Positions 32,381 to 47,361 of a stretch of 64,000 nt of DNA are shown here, in pieces. The notes below the pieces were generated by a model. It ran no database searches. It was given only the letters and a program-made list of their open reading frames with translations, and was not told where the DNA came from. The position numbers and the translations under genes were made by a program. Origin of the DNA: the human T2T-CHM13v2.0 reference genome, Homo sapiens. Every line of letters starts with the position of its first letter. Positions within the stretch are counted from its first letter, which is position 1. Where the stretch lies: assembly GCF_009914755.1 (NCBI RefSeq), contig NC_060931.1; one strand, given 5' to 3'.

Positions 32381-33827
32381 AATGACTACTAGATTAATAT
32401 TCTGTCCAGGGTGTGCTGTTATTTAACTAATACCCTCTTAAGCATTTGTTTTCGTTTTTTTGCTGTTGTTAAGGATGATTATTTCAGCATTTAGATCAAT
32501 CTTTAACTTCCATAATACTGTATTTAATGAACATTTAGTTAGTATTAATGATAAAATGCAACATAAAACAACATATGTAAGTAATAGCTAAACTTTATTT
32601 TGGTGTGTGAGTATATGCATTTTTTAAAAAGATGAAAACCAGAATGTTAGCATTGATTGTCTCTGAGCAGTGGAGTTATTTTTAGTTTCTCTTAGCAGTA
32701 GGTTATTATTTTTTTTTTCCTCCAACTTTCTACAGTGCACATATATTTATAGTACAGTGGATTAATTTATAAAATCAAGAAATCCCAAAACAGGAGAAGC
32801 AGGGGAGCTACTTGCAAGGAAGACATTTCTGCTTAGTTTAATGCTGAAATCACTTAGTGTTTGCCGTACTGGCAGCCCCTTTCCAGGTGTGTTGATGCAC
32901 AGGGTTAAATATCTGACTTCCGTTGGGCTGTATTTCCAGCGGTCAGGTTCTCCTTTGCTGGACTAATCTTCTTCTCATTTATTTCCCCATATCTTAATCC
33001 TTCAGATACTTTAGTCCCCTCATTTAATGCCCTCCATGAAACTGTCCTAATCTCATGAAACTGATTGATGTTTTGATGGTTTATTGTAACACTAGATTAG
33101 GTACTAATGAATTGTCTTCAGTGTGGAAGTTTCTTTTTTTTAGTAATAGTGTGAACTTTTTTTGCTTAGTTCACAACTCCTAGTGATAGTAGATGTGTTT
33201 TAAATTAATCTTTAAACTTAATGTCATTATGCTTAAGATAAGAATTTGCTAAAAATTAGAAAAAGTATTTTGGTCTAGTTTCTGCAGTAGCTTGGAAAAT
33301 TCAGAGGCTACCATCAATTATTTAAGAAGTGTATGCTAAATAGTACAAATGAGGAATACTGTTGTAATTATGAGAAAACCGTTGCACAGAAACGTGTCAC
33401 CTAATGCTGGGAGGGGGCACCTTTGCTATGTCGAAATTAATTAAATGCTAACTAAAATAGTTACGTGTGCCTAATAGGCATCCGAAAGTCAGAACGGGGG
33501 AAAAAGGCAGACAGCTCAGACCTCCTTTTCTCAAGGCAGGAAGGAGGCTTTGGTGAGACTGGAAGGAAAGGTTTGGAATCCTAGATGATGTCAATAAACC
33601 AGACTCTTTGATCCCAAGTGGAATTCAGGGAATAGACATGAAGACTAGGCCATTTCCCCCTCCCCAAACTTCAAGCTTATCTATAGGAACTTGGAGACTT
33701 TGGTGTGGGGGATGGTGGAGAAGAAAAATTCCAGACTGATTCTTCTGACTTCTCTCATTTTAAATACGTAAAATCTTTAAAAGGTTTGCTTGCCATTTTA
33801 TCTTACATGCAATAATAACCCTTAGTC

Positions 33828-34161
33828 TAGGTTGAGCATCCCTAATTTGAAAATCCTAAATCCTCCAGAATCTAAAACTTCCTTAGTTACCAACACGATG
33901 TGACAAGTGGATCATTTCACCCCGACCTCATGTGATGGGCCACGGTCAACATGCAGGTGCACAACAGTTTATTCAGTGTCCCCAAGGGGAAAATAAAATT
34001 ACCTTCAGGCTGTGTGTATAAGGTCTATATGAAACATGTGATTTCCCCGTTTAGATTTGGATCCCATCCGCAAGATACCTCAAATATTCCAAAATATGAA
34101 ACAGTCTGAAGTTCAAAAGACTTCTGGACCCAAGCATTTCAGATAAAGGATACTCAATTTG
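33828..34161. mobile_element. Tigger4/MER46-like non-autonomous DNA transposon
   Basis: Terminal inverted repeats AGGTTGAGCATCCCT ... AAGGATACTCAATTTG. Confidence 0.8.
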
Positions 34162-35379
34162 TGTTCAGTGCTTGGTATGAGCCAAAGACTGTGCCGAGCT
34201 TGCTTTGTGACTCCCTAGCTGCTTGCCCTCAGCTTTCTGCTGCTTGGAGATACCTCAAATGGGACAGAAGGCTGTCTAATGCAGTCCTGGTTGAGGATGG
34301 ACTTTGACACACAGCATGGGAATATATTACATCAATCATAAAGTAGAGACTACTGAAATGAGAGGGTCTCCTATTTGATGTGTTGATGAAAGGCTACTTG
34401 GGCATCTGTGTAGAGTAGGTCCTACCAACAAGGGACTCAAAACACACAAAGGGAAGAAGGGTTAGGAATGCTGAAGACACATACTGAAATTGGCTCTTCA
34501 GTAGTGCCTTTGTTACATGTTCTATATATAGGGGACTTTGCCCTATACAGGGTATGTGTGTTGGGGGTGGGGGCGGCGGGGGGCGGGGTGGGTGTTTAAT
34601 GTCTGCAGTTTAGCTGGGGCTTTACAGGTGAAACGTACTGTATGTGTTCTCTCGACATTATGAAGATTTTGTTTGTTTTGGTCACTGGTATTTTTATAAT
34701 GGAGCTCTGCCTTACCACTCTACTTGTTTTACTGCATTTTCAGGATTTTTATTTAGGCCAATATTTGGCTGTCTGTGTTCTGTGATATGTAAGGTATGGG
34801 AATAGGAGGGAAGATCTGTGAATAAACGTAGGAAATGCCAGGTGGCATATTGAAGGGCCTTTAAAATCTTAATTTGTTTTGCTGCTGTTACAGGGAGATA
34901 TATCTTATAGGGTATGTATATATGTATACATACCTACATTCATATATATTAAAAGGTCCACTCCTAATTTAATAAGAAATTACCTTTGAAGGAAGAAAAC
35001 TCCCCTACCATATTAACATGTTTTGTAGAACACATACTGATTTTAAAATCATCGAATGTGGAAAATTAGGTCTTTACAGTAGAGATTTGATATGGAGTGA
35101 ATTGATGTGTTCATTTTTTTCTCTTGGAACGAGCACCTGGAAATATTCGTGGTTCTTTGTAGCACAGTGTGGGAAGTACCATAGAGGCCAGGATCCTAAT
35201 GAGTATGGTTATAAGTTTAGTGTCTAGAAATAATTTTTGCTTCACCCTAGTCCTTGTTTAAATCCTAAATACTATCAGAGGAATTATATTAAAAAAATTT
35301 TAAAGCATATGGGAGACAACACAATCAAAGCCTGTGTCATTTACATGTTATTGGTGGTGTCATGTTGAGATCACTTTTT

Positions 35380-35586
35380 ATTTTTTTAAATAATAATTTT
35401 TTTTTTAAGTTTCAGGGTACCACAGGTTCGTTACATAGGTAAACGTGTGCCATGGTGGTTTGCTGCACCGATCAACCCATCACCTAGGTATTAAGCCCTG
35501 CATACATTAGCTGTTTTCCCTGGTGTTGGTCCCCACACCTTCCCTGACAGGCCCCAGTGAGTGTTGTGCCCTTCCCGGTGTCCATG
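35380..35586 (-). mobile_element. 5'-truncated L1PA 3' end
   Basis: GTTACATAGGTAAACGTGTGCCATGGTGGTTTGCTGCACC; TSD GAGA(T/A)CACTTTTTA. Confidence 0.88.
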
Positions 35587-37693
35587 GAGAACACTTTTTA
35601 AACCTGTAAAATAATGGTTTAACTACAAAGTTGTTTCACATTTTTTCTTTAAAAATCTAAAACTTCCTGGGTTTTAAAAGCATCTCAATACTTCTCTTGA
35701 AGGCACTCTTAGATTTGTACTTGATTCATTAGATTGGTTCTCTTGCATTTCCAATTCATGGTTTCCAGAGGGTGAACGCTGTTCTCAGGATGTCTTGCGT
35801 TAGAGGAGTTTAGGAAGCATCACCAGGTCTGTTCTCCAGTGTCCCCTTCTGAGTAGGGGCCACATCGCTCATTTCCCAGACTTGTGGACCAGGTTACCTT
35901 TCTTTTTTCTTGGGTGACCTCCTGAGGTTAGGGTTCTGTGCAGAATACTTGCTGTTCCAGTTCATCTTATCTTTTCTAACTCTTCATGAGCATTCAGGAG
36001 ATAGCTTTAACTTGATCCTCTCTTCTAGTCTTTTTTGCTTTGTGGTTTCTCAGTTTTTTCAGGTTAAGCAATTCTCAGCAACTTCAGCTGAGAGCCTTGC
36101 AGTCCTGCTAATAGCCTTCAGGGCTTTTGCATTTGACTAACCTGGCCTTTCTTCCAACTTGGCTTGCCCCAAACTGATCTCTTTTTTGCTCCCTAGACCA
36201 TATCCGACATCTCTATTTCTAGCGTTGTGTCAGAGACACAGATTTCAGACTTGACTTCTTTTGTTTGTCCATATTCAGTGATCTACCAAATCTTACTAGT
36301 TCCTCCCCCATAACACTATGTGTTTATACCTTCCTCTTTGGCCCCGCTGTCACCAGCTTCATTCTGCCCTCACGCCTGGCGATGCAGTGCGCTGCTGATT
36401 GCTGCTTCATTCAGGACTTGCCTGGCTTCCTTGATTACAGAGGCTCTCCAGGGCAGGTATTGGGCTGCTAGCATTTGATAGAGTGGGCTCTGCTCTTTGT
36501 CTTTGCAGCCCTTTGCCACAACCATCCTATCTCATCTTCATAAGCTTAAAAAAATCCTGAAAATCTAGCTGTGTGTATCATGCTAACATGCTTTTTAAAA
36601 AAACTGGCTCTGCTGCAATTTTCACTTGAAAGTAGCTGGATGTTGGTTCTGGGTATTTGTCTCTATCTCAGCTCTTCAAACTGGGAATGTGATTTCTAGT
36701 AACAACATTTAGCAAAATTTCAACAAAGCAACCAATTTGCGGAAGTTGTGTTAACTTTGAGGTTTTGCCATAATAAATTATAAATGTTGGAATTTTTCTA
36801 TTGATAAGGCTAACTTGTGGAAAACTGATTAAATAATTCACTGATTATAACCAGCAAACCATATATTACACTAAAGTTTTGTTTCAAAAATATGGATATT
36901 GTGGAAGATGAGTATCCACATAGCTTTTTATGGTAAACATAGGTGAGCGTGTATGTGTAACTAGGATAGTGATTCCCTTAATAGTTATAGGAAAAGTGAT
37001 TCTAAAAAGCATTCTGACGCCTCTCTTGGCGGCAGTGAATGAAACTACAGTTTCACATTAAAAAGAGTACTTTCCCCGCCAAAAATGCAGAGGAGGATTT
37101 GTTTTACTGACAATTGAGTACAGGCCAAACTGCGTATATGCGCATACATACTCTGGGCTTTGTGTGTGTGATTTGGCAAAAAGAAAAATAGTCCTAAAGT
37201 GTGCATCTCTTTATTCCATTGTATTTATATTTTTCAGAAGTTTATTTATTTGCAGTTTTGATGTGTACATTTTATTTTAGAAAATTGAATGAAGTTTGTG
37301 AGATTCAAGTCCTCTAAAGTAAGTTTATTATATATGAGTTCTTGACGATAACAAAACTATGGGGAAAAATCTGGATTTTGTGATGTTAGCATTAGTTCTT
37401 TACCTTGTTAAAAATATTAACTATGTTTTCAACTGGGAACATGCATTTATGTTTTTCAAAGTAAGCTACTTGAAGTATAAGCTTAAAAAGCTTGCTTGAG
37501 AAAATACACAAGTTAATGTAAATTGTATGAAATAAAAAATATGGACCGACTATTGTTGAGACTTTCCACATGAAACTTAGGCTGGGCAGTGAAGACTATG
37601 GTATTGTCCCAGCCACAGCTAGGGTGGTGACAGAAATCAGTAGCAATCTTAACATGCAGGATATTCTTTATGCCTGCTTAAGGTATGGGTTTT

Positions 37694-37995
37694 GCCAGGC
37701 GTGGTGGCTCACGTCTGTAATTTGAATACTTAGAAGGCCGAGGTGGCCGGATTGCTTGAGCTTACGAGTTCGAGACCAGCCTGGGCAACGTAGTGAAACC
37801 CCATCTGTACAAAAAATGAAAAGATTAGCCAGGTGTGGTGGCCCACACCTGTGGTCCCAGCTACTTGGGAGGCTGAGGTGGGGGGATCGCTTGAGCCCTA
37901 GAGGGAGGGAGATGTTGCAGTGAGCCGAGGTGGCACCATTTCACTCCAGCCTGAGTGACAGAGTGAAACCCTGTGTCAAAAATAAATAAGTAAAA
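37694..37995 (+). mobile_element. AluJ-like
   Basis: TSD TATGGGTTT. Confidence 0.9.
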
Positions 37996-38183
37996 TATGG
38001 GTTTAAGTTATTGTTGATGCTTTTGTGTCTCTGCCCCTTAGCAATAACCTCCAAAACCCACCACTCTTAGGGTGACAAATAAATACAAATTGTACAGACC
38101 ATGAGGGAAATTGACTAGAAAATTTTGTAACTACAAAGAAAGGTGCATCTTGACTAGGGGCATTACTATAAAAAATACCAGTG

Positions 38184-38473
<290 letters not shown>

Positions 38474-38560
38474 TACGAGCAAATGTAAATGTCTAGAGGC
38501 TTACTGCTGTTTCGGAATCATAAGTGAAGCTGATGCTACAGGTTTTACCACATTTTCTCC

Positions 38561-38863
38561 TTTTTTTTTTTTGGTTGGGGTTTCGCTGTTGTCTCCTAGG
38601 CTGGAGTGCAATGGCACGATCTCAGCTCACTGCAACCCCCGCCTTCTGGTTGGTTTTCAAGCAATTCTCCTGCGTCAGCCTCCCAAGTAGCTAGGATTAA
38701 AGGCGCCCACCACCATGCCCGGCTAATTTTTTTTGTGTGTTTTTAGTAGGGACGGGTTTCACCATGTTGGTCAGGCTGGTCTCGAACTCCTGACCTCAGG
38801 TGATCTGCCCGCCTCGGCCTCCCAAAGTACTGAGATTACAGGCAGGAGCCATCGTGCCCAGCC
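38561..38863 (-). mobile_element. AluSp/Sq-like
   Basis: TSD CACATTTTCTCCTTT. Confidence 0.93.
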
Positions 38864-40519
38864 CACATTTTCTCCTTTATTATAGGTATGGCCAGATTGT
38901 TTTGAGACAGAGTGGGAAGCAAAATTTAAAAAGTCCCCTTCCCAAAAGAACCCTGCTTCTTATTGAATGTTGTCATCGAGTTACAGATTTTTGTGAGCTC
39001 AGAAGACATACTCAAATCATTGAGAAACTGTTTTTCCAAATTATTTATTCTTGACTGATTTAAATGTACACTTCTGTGCATGTATGTTTCTCCTCATACT
39101 CTCTCCCCAGTGTCCATAATTTCGGAAAATACTAAAAAGTTCTTAGTACTTGATGTTGTAATAGCTAGTAAGGAAATTTTCAGCAAGATGCTTTTTAGCA
39201 AATGCAGCATTGAACATATGTGCAGAGAATGGGGGTGCAAATCTGACAGGTGGAACCACAGGTGCGGTGGGTGACATCACTCACTGTGAGCCTTGAGTGG
39301 TTCAGGGACCACGGGGGACATGTGTCAGGAGCATCTTACCAGAAAGAGGTGTCGCTTAACTGTGCCCAGTTCCTTCAGGAGAGCGGTTAAAGTGGTAAAT
39401 TGTCTTTAAAACAAAAAACATAAAAGCCCTAAATCAAATAAAGAGCACGGTAGCGCCGTTTCTCCTTTTGAACCAGTTTGTAGTGAAACGGGAAGTGTAT
39501 TTGAAAGTTTGCTCAGCTAGGGAAAATTACTGATCAGAGTTTTCGACTCAGGGTTAAATTATCTTAGTCGAAAGAAAAATAATAGAAAGGGGTGTCTTAT
39601 TGATGAATAGATTCATGTTCACTTAGTGATACACTAGCTTCCAAAATCTGCTTATTGAGCAGATACTTATTCAAGGCCCCACAATCAACTGCAGGGCAAA
39701 CGGTTCACCACACATGAGGGAAATTTGGAAATTAGTTGAAGAGGATTGTGGGAACTGTGAATTGAGATTGTTCATCTAAATGGGAGTTAATAGCGTTTGT
39801 GGTTGACTAAGGGCATCCTTTACGGAAGTGGACCTCACGTGCACACCTCACTGGGAGAGGGAGAGACCTGCCAGGAGGTGCACATCTGGCCTTCCACGCT
39901 TAGTGGCCTGAGGATGTTTCCCTGGGGCACCACTTCCACAGGCCCTCTAAAAGGAGGGCAGAATGGCTTGCTGTTTGTATCTTTGTATTTGTGTTAAGCT
40001 GGGTTCTGAAAATACAGTGGTGCCAAGACAGAAGAGAAACTTTTTGGATGCTGATGTGCAGTGAAAGCTCTCCAGTAGCGGCTTTTCCAAAGTCAGTGGG
40101 TTTCATACAACAGCATCCCATTCATTCACTAGCAAGAGAGCTAGGAAGTCCTGTGGAGCTGGTGTTTTAAAGTATTCTGTTAAACATGTATTTCATGGTA
40201 GAATGAAAGATTCATGTGAATTTTAAGATAGAGTGATATTTCAAGGAAAATTTAACTCTGTCACAGCTTAGGCTGGATCCCCAGGTCTGTCCCGATACAA
40301 AGGATTCCTCCACCCTGTGCTGAAAGTTACATTTTGGTGGGAATTTTAGAGAAGTGCCACCTCTGGTGTCATCAGTTATCAAAGGTATTGTGGAGTTTTC
40401 AGGTAACGTTAATTTACTTCATTTTGACTTCAAAAATAAGCATGGGTGGTTTAACATTTAAATACTATCTTAGGAATTGCATAGATATTAGAAACCCTTT
40501 ATAGTAGTGTTAACATGAA

Positions 40520-40710
40520 TAGTAGCAAATGCTTACCGTGTGTCAAGGACTCTGCTAAGCATTTTATTTTCGTAACTCACTTATTCCTCATAGCCACCTT
40601 ATACAACAGGTACTACAGTATTATCTCTAGTACAGATGATGAAATACAGGCGCAGAAGTTAAGGAATCTGACCAAGCTCACACTGCCAGTGACTTGTGGA
40701 GCCAGAACTG
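40520..40710 (-). mobile_element. MIR
   Basis: GCTTACCGTGTGTCAAGG..TACAGATGATGAAA..GTTAAGGAATCTGACCAAG. Confidence 0.7.
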
Positions 40711-41596
40711 TGAAGTTCACAGACATCCCACGCATTTCCATATTGGCTGTTTGCAATTTGTCACTGTGTACTGTCAATCAGTGCCTCTTGAATTATTTCT
40801 TTAGTAAAATATTTTTTGTGGGATAACCCAGCACCCACACAGACATAACTGGGAAAAAAAAATGCACTGAGTAATACTTAACCTTGTTACATTCTATGAG
40901 CTCTTTTTCTTTATTTGATTTTTTAACAAGTTCCAGTTCCCTTTTACTAAGTTGGTTTCATGATCTACACAATAATGAATTGCAGCCCTCAGTTTGAAAA
41001 GCATGTGTGGTGTAGATGATCATGATCAAATGTAATACCGTTTTTTCTTGCCCTAAAGTGAATGCAAGTACTTGGAAACAAAATACACGCAAGTACCAAT
41101 CTAGACCATTGAGTAAGCATGATTTAATCTAGGTAATTGAGTAAAAGCATTGTGCTGAAACTGAGAACTGATACTCAGTCCTCAGCAGTTAAAACTAGTT
41201 TATTTGGACAAACTGGGCAGTCTTTATAACACCTGTTAAATATAATGTGATTGTGATTTTCTGTAAGTTTTCAGGTTTTCCGGAGCAATTTATACCAGTG
41301 ACGCTTGTGGCATCTTACTTGGAAGTCATGTAGTAAAATAGGAAGAATATAGATGTTGACTTAATTAAGATTCATTTCTGAATTGAGCAATATTTAAGGC
41401 ATTTAGTGCTTGTGTGTGGATTTTTTAGGATTTAAAAGGACCTTCCTCTATTACTTATTCAAGTATCAACTCTAAGAGAAAAAAAATTGTTTTCTAATTC
41501 CTAAGATGTTTATAGGAGAAAATTCTGTACTTCTGGGTAATGATATGTGAGAATTCTTGTAATTACAAAATGTGTGTATTTGAAGGAATGAATTAA

Positions 41597-41914
<318 letters not shown>

Positions 41915-42059
41915 TGCATGTGTGTATATTTATATAATTAGAAGGACAAAGATTGATCACAACGAGAAGCCTGCTATATCCATTTAGTAAAACTTTGAGG
42001 CTCTACTAATTTATTCTTTATAGCAATTCTGAGAAGTCGGTATTTTGGTGTTTAATTCC

Positions 42060-42390
42060 CACTCCCAGCTTTATTAAGGTATAATTGACAAAACATAATA
42101 GCATGCAACCTGATGATTTGATATATGTACGCTGCACATCATGAAATGATTAAATCAAGTTAATTATATCCATCACCTCACATACTTAACATTTTTTTGT
42201 GGTAAGAACTTTTAAGATGTACTATAAGCAGTTTTTTCTCTTTTGTTTTGCTTTTAAGCAATTTTCAGTTTTCAAAATACAGTACATTATTATTAACTGG
42301 AGTCACCATGCTGGGTGCTGGATCTCCTGAGCTTATTCCTCCTATCTAACTGAGACTTCGCACCTTTGACCAGTATCTCCCCATCCCCCT
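42060..42390 (-). mobile_element. L1MA/L1MB 3' end fragment
   Basis: CCATCACCTCACATACTT, AGTCACCATGCTG, CTTATTCCTCCTATCTAACTGA. Confidence 0.75.
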
Positions 42391-42769
42391 CCTTGGTGCT
42401 TGATTTTTTAAGGAAAACTTAAAAATGAATGAACAGAATTAGAATTGGCCTTATAGAAAGAACCAATGTCCCTTCTAAGAGAATCTGAATAGCAGTGCTG
42501 GCTGGTTTGGAGTCTGTCTGTCTTCTCTGTAGTGATAGGTGTGGTATTTTCTCATTGCCATCTCGTGGTGATCTGAGTGGGTGTCATCTTGTTGAGGTTG
42601 CCAAAGGGACTCATTTTTAGAGGGCAATGGAAAGCATGAACACACCTGGGCAGAACATGGTCGTCTTTATACCAGACTTTGAATCCAGGGTTGCATACCT
42701 CCAGCTGAGAGACATGCACAGAAGTTCTGTTGTGAGACTTCTGCTGTAAGTAAGTATCATTGGTTGTAC

Positions 42770-42910
42770 TTTGTTTTTTGTTTGTTTGTTTGTTTTGTGT
42801 GTGAGAGGGTCTTGCCCTGTCCCTCAGGATGGAATGTGGTCACATGATCACAGTCCACAGCAGCCTGGAACTCATGGGCCCAAGCCCTCCTCCTGCCTCA
42901 GCCTCCCAAG
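42770..42910 (-). mobile_element. Alu fragment (J/FLAM-like)
   Basis: Diverged 3' Alu portion with T-rich tail. Confidence 0.7.
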
Positions 42911-44865
42911 TTGTATCTTATTTTTGAATAAGGTATGTGGTTTTGGAAGACATGATGTTTGTCATGTCTGTTCATTTGCAAGTTTGTTGTAATTATGCTT
43001 GTATACTGGCTTTAGAATTTAAAAGGAAAATTCATTTCTCATTCCTACCCATCATTGTATCATGGTGAATGGGGTAATAAGTCATCACGTTCTCTGAGTC
43101 AGTCCTGAGGATCCTCTTGTGACAGCAATGTTGGGAGAGGCAGGTATCTGGTGATTTCTGCTAGCAACAGAGTCCGCCATTGTCTTCTCACCATCGTGTT
43201 GAGCGAGTCGTTTCCATTTCTACTTGGCTGCAGCCAGGTTTCATTGCTTTCTACTCGTTCAGAGCTATGTTCTTGAAGGCCGTGGCTCCTGGCACTTACC
43301 ACAGTCAGTGACTTTTCGTAATAGACCTTTTCCTTGATTTACCTTCAACCTTAACACTGTCGAACTAAAAGTTTCATGGATGAGCCTCCTTTGGCTTGCC
43401 TTCTGTCCTCCTGGTTCTCTTACATATTCTGTCTCTTGCAAGCATTCTCTCTCCTTTTTGGGAGGGGTGGGAGGCAAGGGACTACTTTGCCCACGTCCTT
43501 TAAGCACAAAATTTTAGTCCTCATCTCTATTAAGTTCTTTCTTCACACTTTGAAGATTTTTGTTTGCGCTGTTGCCAACAATTTTACTTTTTTGTCAGTT
43601 ACTAAATTTATTTCTACAGGTGTGATTTCCTTTGGGCTACAATTTTTAAACTGCCAACCTTTAAAAAAAACACATTCAACTTATCTAAAATTAAGCTCTT
43701 CATCTTCTTTCTAGTTTCAGGCTTCTTCTCGTAACTTATCTATTTCTGTTAATCCTCACTTTCTTATATAGAGTTGTTCCTCTCTAACTCCCTTTACTCC
43801 TGGGGTTTTGCTAGTATGAGAATTTTTAAACTGAGTGTTTAATTTAGTGATACAAAGAATTTCATATAAATACACTTATATGTCTGGATGATCATCCTGT
43901 AATCTAGAACTGCCATGATATTTCGTACTTGTGAGTTCATATTTATTTACAATTATATTGTTGCCGGGTAATTACCTAAGACAGAGGCTATAATTGCTTG
44001 AGATCCTGCAGGCCACATATGGCTCCAAGATGTTCTTCTAGATTTTACAGTACAACTTTTTGCTTTTTTTAATCATAAAAAATGTCAAAAGTGTAGCAAA
44101 CATGTCCATTCCTGAGAATTCCACATGCTAACACATGCAGACATCTTCCTATTTAAGATCTAGTAGTTATAGACTTTATATGTAACTACTATAATTTCAA
44201 GGTGTTGATGAGCATAAATGATACTGGCATGTCTAGCATGGAATAATGAAAATCTTTGTGATTTCTTGCTGACGAAGTTAGACACTTTGCTAAAAGTACT
44301 GCATCTGTTGCCTGCATTCATAATCAAAGGAACTGTCAAATTTCCATCAGAGGTTAGTGAAAATAAAGATGTAATTTTTTGTCCCATCTACATTGAGAAG
44401 CCCCCTGAAATCCGCCCATGGACCCCACTGTAGTCTCACTTCCACCCTTCTCCCACACTGTTTTCTCCTTCCGCCATGGGTAACCAATTTTATTAGTGTT
44501 CAGTTTAGCCTCCCAATTTTTCTTCTTGAAAAGAAAAATGTATCTACACTTACGTGTTAGTATTTACTCCCATCACACACAAAAGGTGCCTGTTTTCAGT
44601 TAAGTATCTGCTAAGAATTTACTTTCTTATCAGTATGTGGAGGTCCTTTCTTTTTTTCTTAACAGTTTTCATCATTGCGCAGTGCTCTATTGTCCTAACT
44701 TAGTCTTCCTGTCCCCTACTGATAGATTTGGGGCTGATTTCAAGTCTTTTGCAGTGACAAAACTTGAATTTACCACTTCTCGTGGCTTTGGCTGCACATT
44801 TTGGGAATAGATTCCTAGAAGTGGATTGCTAGGTCAAAGGGTAAATGCATCTGTCATGTTATTAG

Positions 44866-45257
<392 letters not shown>

Positions 45258-46109
45258 TTGTTTTGAATTTTGAAAGTAGTGTCTGACAATTCTGGAATCC
45301 AGAAATAAATTGTTGGAAGTTCAAAAGTATAAATTTGAGCCTTTGTCATCCTGAATTCTTTCTTACCTGTGTCACCCCATCCGGTCTGACCAGTTACCAC
45401 GATAACTGCTTTGTGTCGCCTGTGTCTTGGGCCTCTCTCTTTCCATTGCTGTTGGTCTAAGTTGAGCCGTTATCTCGGTGTCACTTGTCTTCTCCGAAAC
45501 CTTCCATAACTCTGTCACCCTCACAGAATAAAGACCTTGCATCCTCTTCCCACTGACCCAGCCGCCACCTCTCATGACTTGCCCAAATCCTTCACCGGGC
45601 TCCTGTGATCAGTTTTCTGCCTCATGCTTGTCTTCCCTTGGACATCAGCCTCCCTGTACCTCTACTGCTGTTCAAATCCTGCTCATCCTCTGAGAAACGC
45701 TCAAAGCACACATTCTGTAAAGGCTTCCTGATCTTGTAGCCTGAAACGACTTCTTTCCCCTATTAACTTGTATTGCCATTTTTGTCTGTATGTTTAATAT
45801 GGCAGCAAATCATCCATGCCATATGACATCTCTTCCAATACCTGCAGGCAAAACTTTGACATTCGTGTTTTCACCTGTTTATATATTGTTGCAGGGGAGT
45901 ATAAACCCCTCTCTATTGGTAATGTCTTACATAGCATTTCTTAAAGCTAACTTTCTGGTAGAATACTCAGTAATACTGCTTTTAGCGCTGATACCAAGAC
46001 CCATATGTACACAGAACCTGGTTGTCTTGGAGAGATGCATTCCTTTCTGTGAATGAACTGAATTTGAACCATAAGATTTACAGCTAGCATGCTTTAAGTC
46101 TGTTCTTTG

Positions 46110-46680
46110 TTTTTTCTTAACAACTTTATTGAGATTTAATGCACATGCTATAAAAGTCACTCATTTAAAATGTATAATTCAGTGATGTTTAGTAAAGTTA
46201 GAGTTGTGTGGCCATCACTACAATGCAATTTTAGAACATTTCCATCACCCTGTAAAGATCCTTTGTGTCTCTTTGCCGTCACTCCCCATTCCCACCATCC
46301 CCACAACCCCAGGCAGCTACTAACCTGCTTTGTCTCTATAGATTTGCCTATTCTGGACATTTCATGTAATAAATGGAGTCATATGATACGTGGTGTTTTG
46401 CATCTGGCATTCATTTAGTGTTAATATTTTTGAGGTTCATCCACGCTGCATCAGTACTTGATTTTTTTTTTTATTGCCAAATAGTCTGACTACTTGGCAT
46501 TATTGTGTGAGTGCCTCACATTTTGCTTATCCATTCACCTGTTGGTGGACATTTGCGTTATTCCACTTTGGGGCTATTATAAAGTGCTGTGAACATTCAT
46601 GTACAAGTCTTTGGGTGGATGTATGATTTTTTTGTTTTTGGGGGGTAGATATCTGGTAGAATAATGGGGCATGTGACAGA
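46110..46680 (-). mobile_element. L1MB/MC 3' end fragment
   Basis: CTTTATTGAGAT, TTTTAGAACATTTCCATCACCC, GATTTGCCTATTCTGGACATTTCAT. Confidence 0.8.
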
Positions 46681-46936
46681 TTTATGTTGAGTGAACATGG
46701 TTTTTAATGCCGCAGATGTTTAATTATTAGCTTTGGGTAACAACAGGAACCAGGCAATGCAAGCATATGTGATAAATTCAAGTCTTGAGAATTTGACTTG
46801 GAATTCGTTATTTGAGAAGCAGAAACCATTTCTTAATTTGAGTATGTGTTTATTTTTATTTCTCTGACTTTAGAGCCAGTGGACTTAAAGGTTTAGAATG
46901 GCTTTAAGTAAGTAGAGATAAAACTTAGCTACTGTT

Positions 46937-47361
<425 letters not shown>

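Noticed and set aside
34911-34934. Hairpin GGTATGTATA-TATG-TATACATACC as a small-RNA precursor
   Set aside because: Only a 10-bp stem of low-complexity TA sequence; too short for a pre-miRNA.
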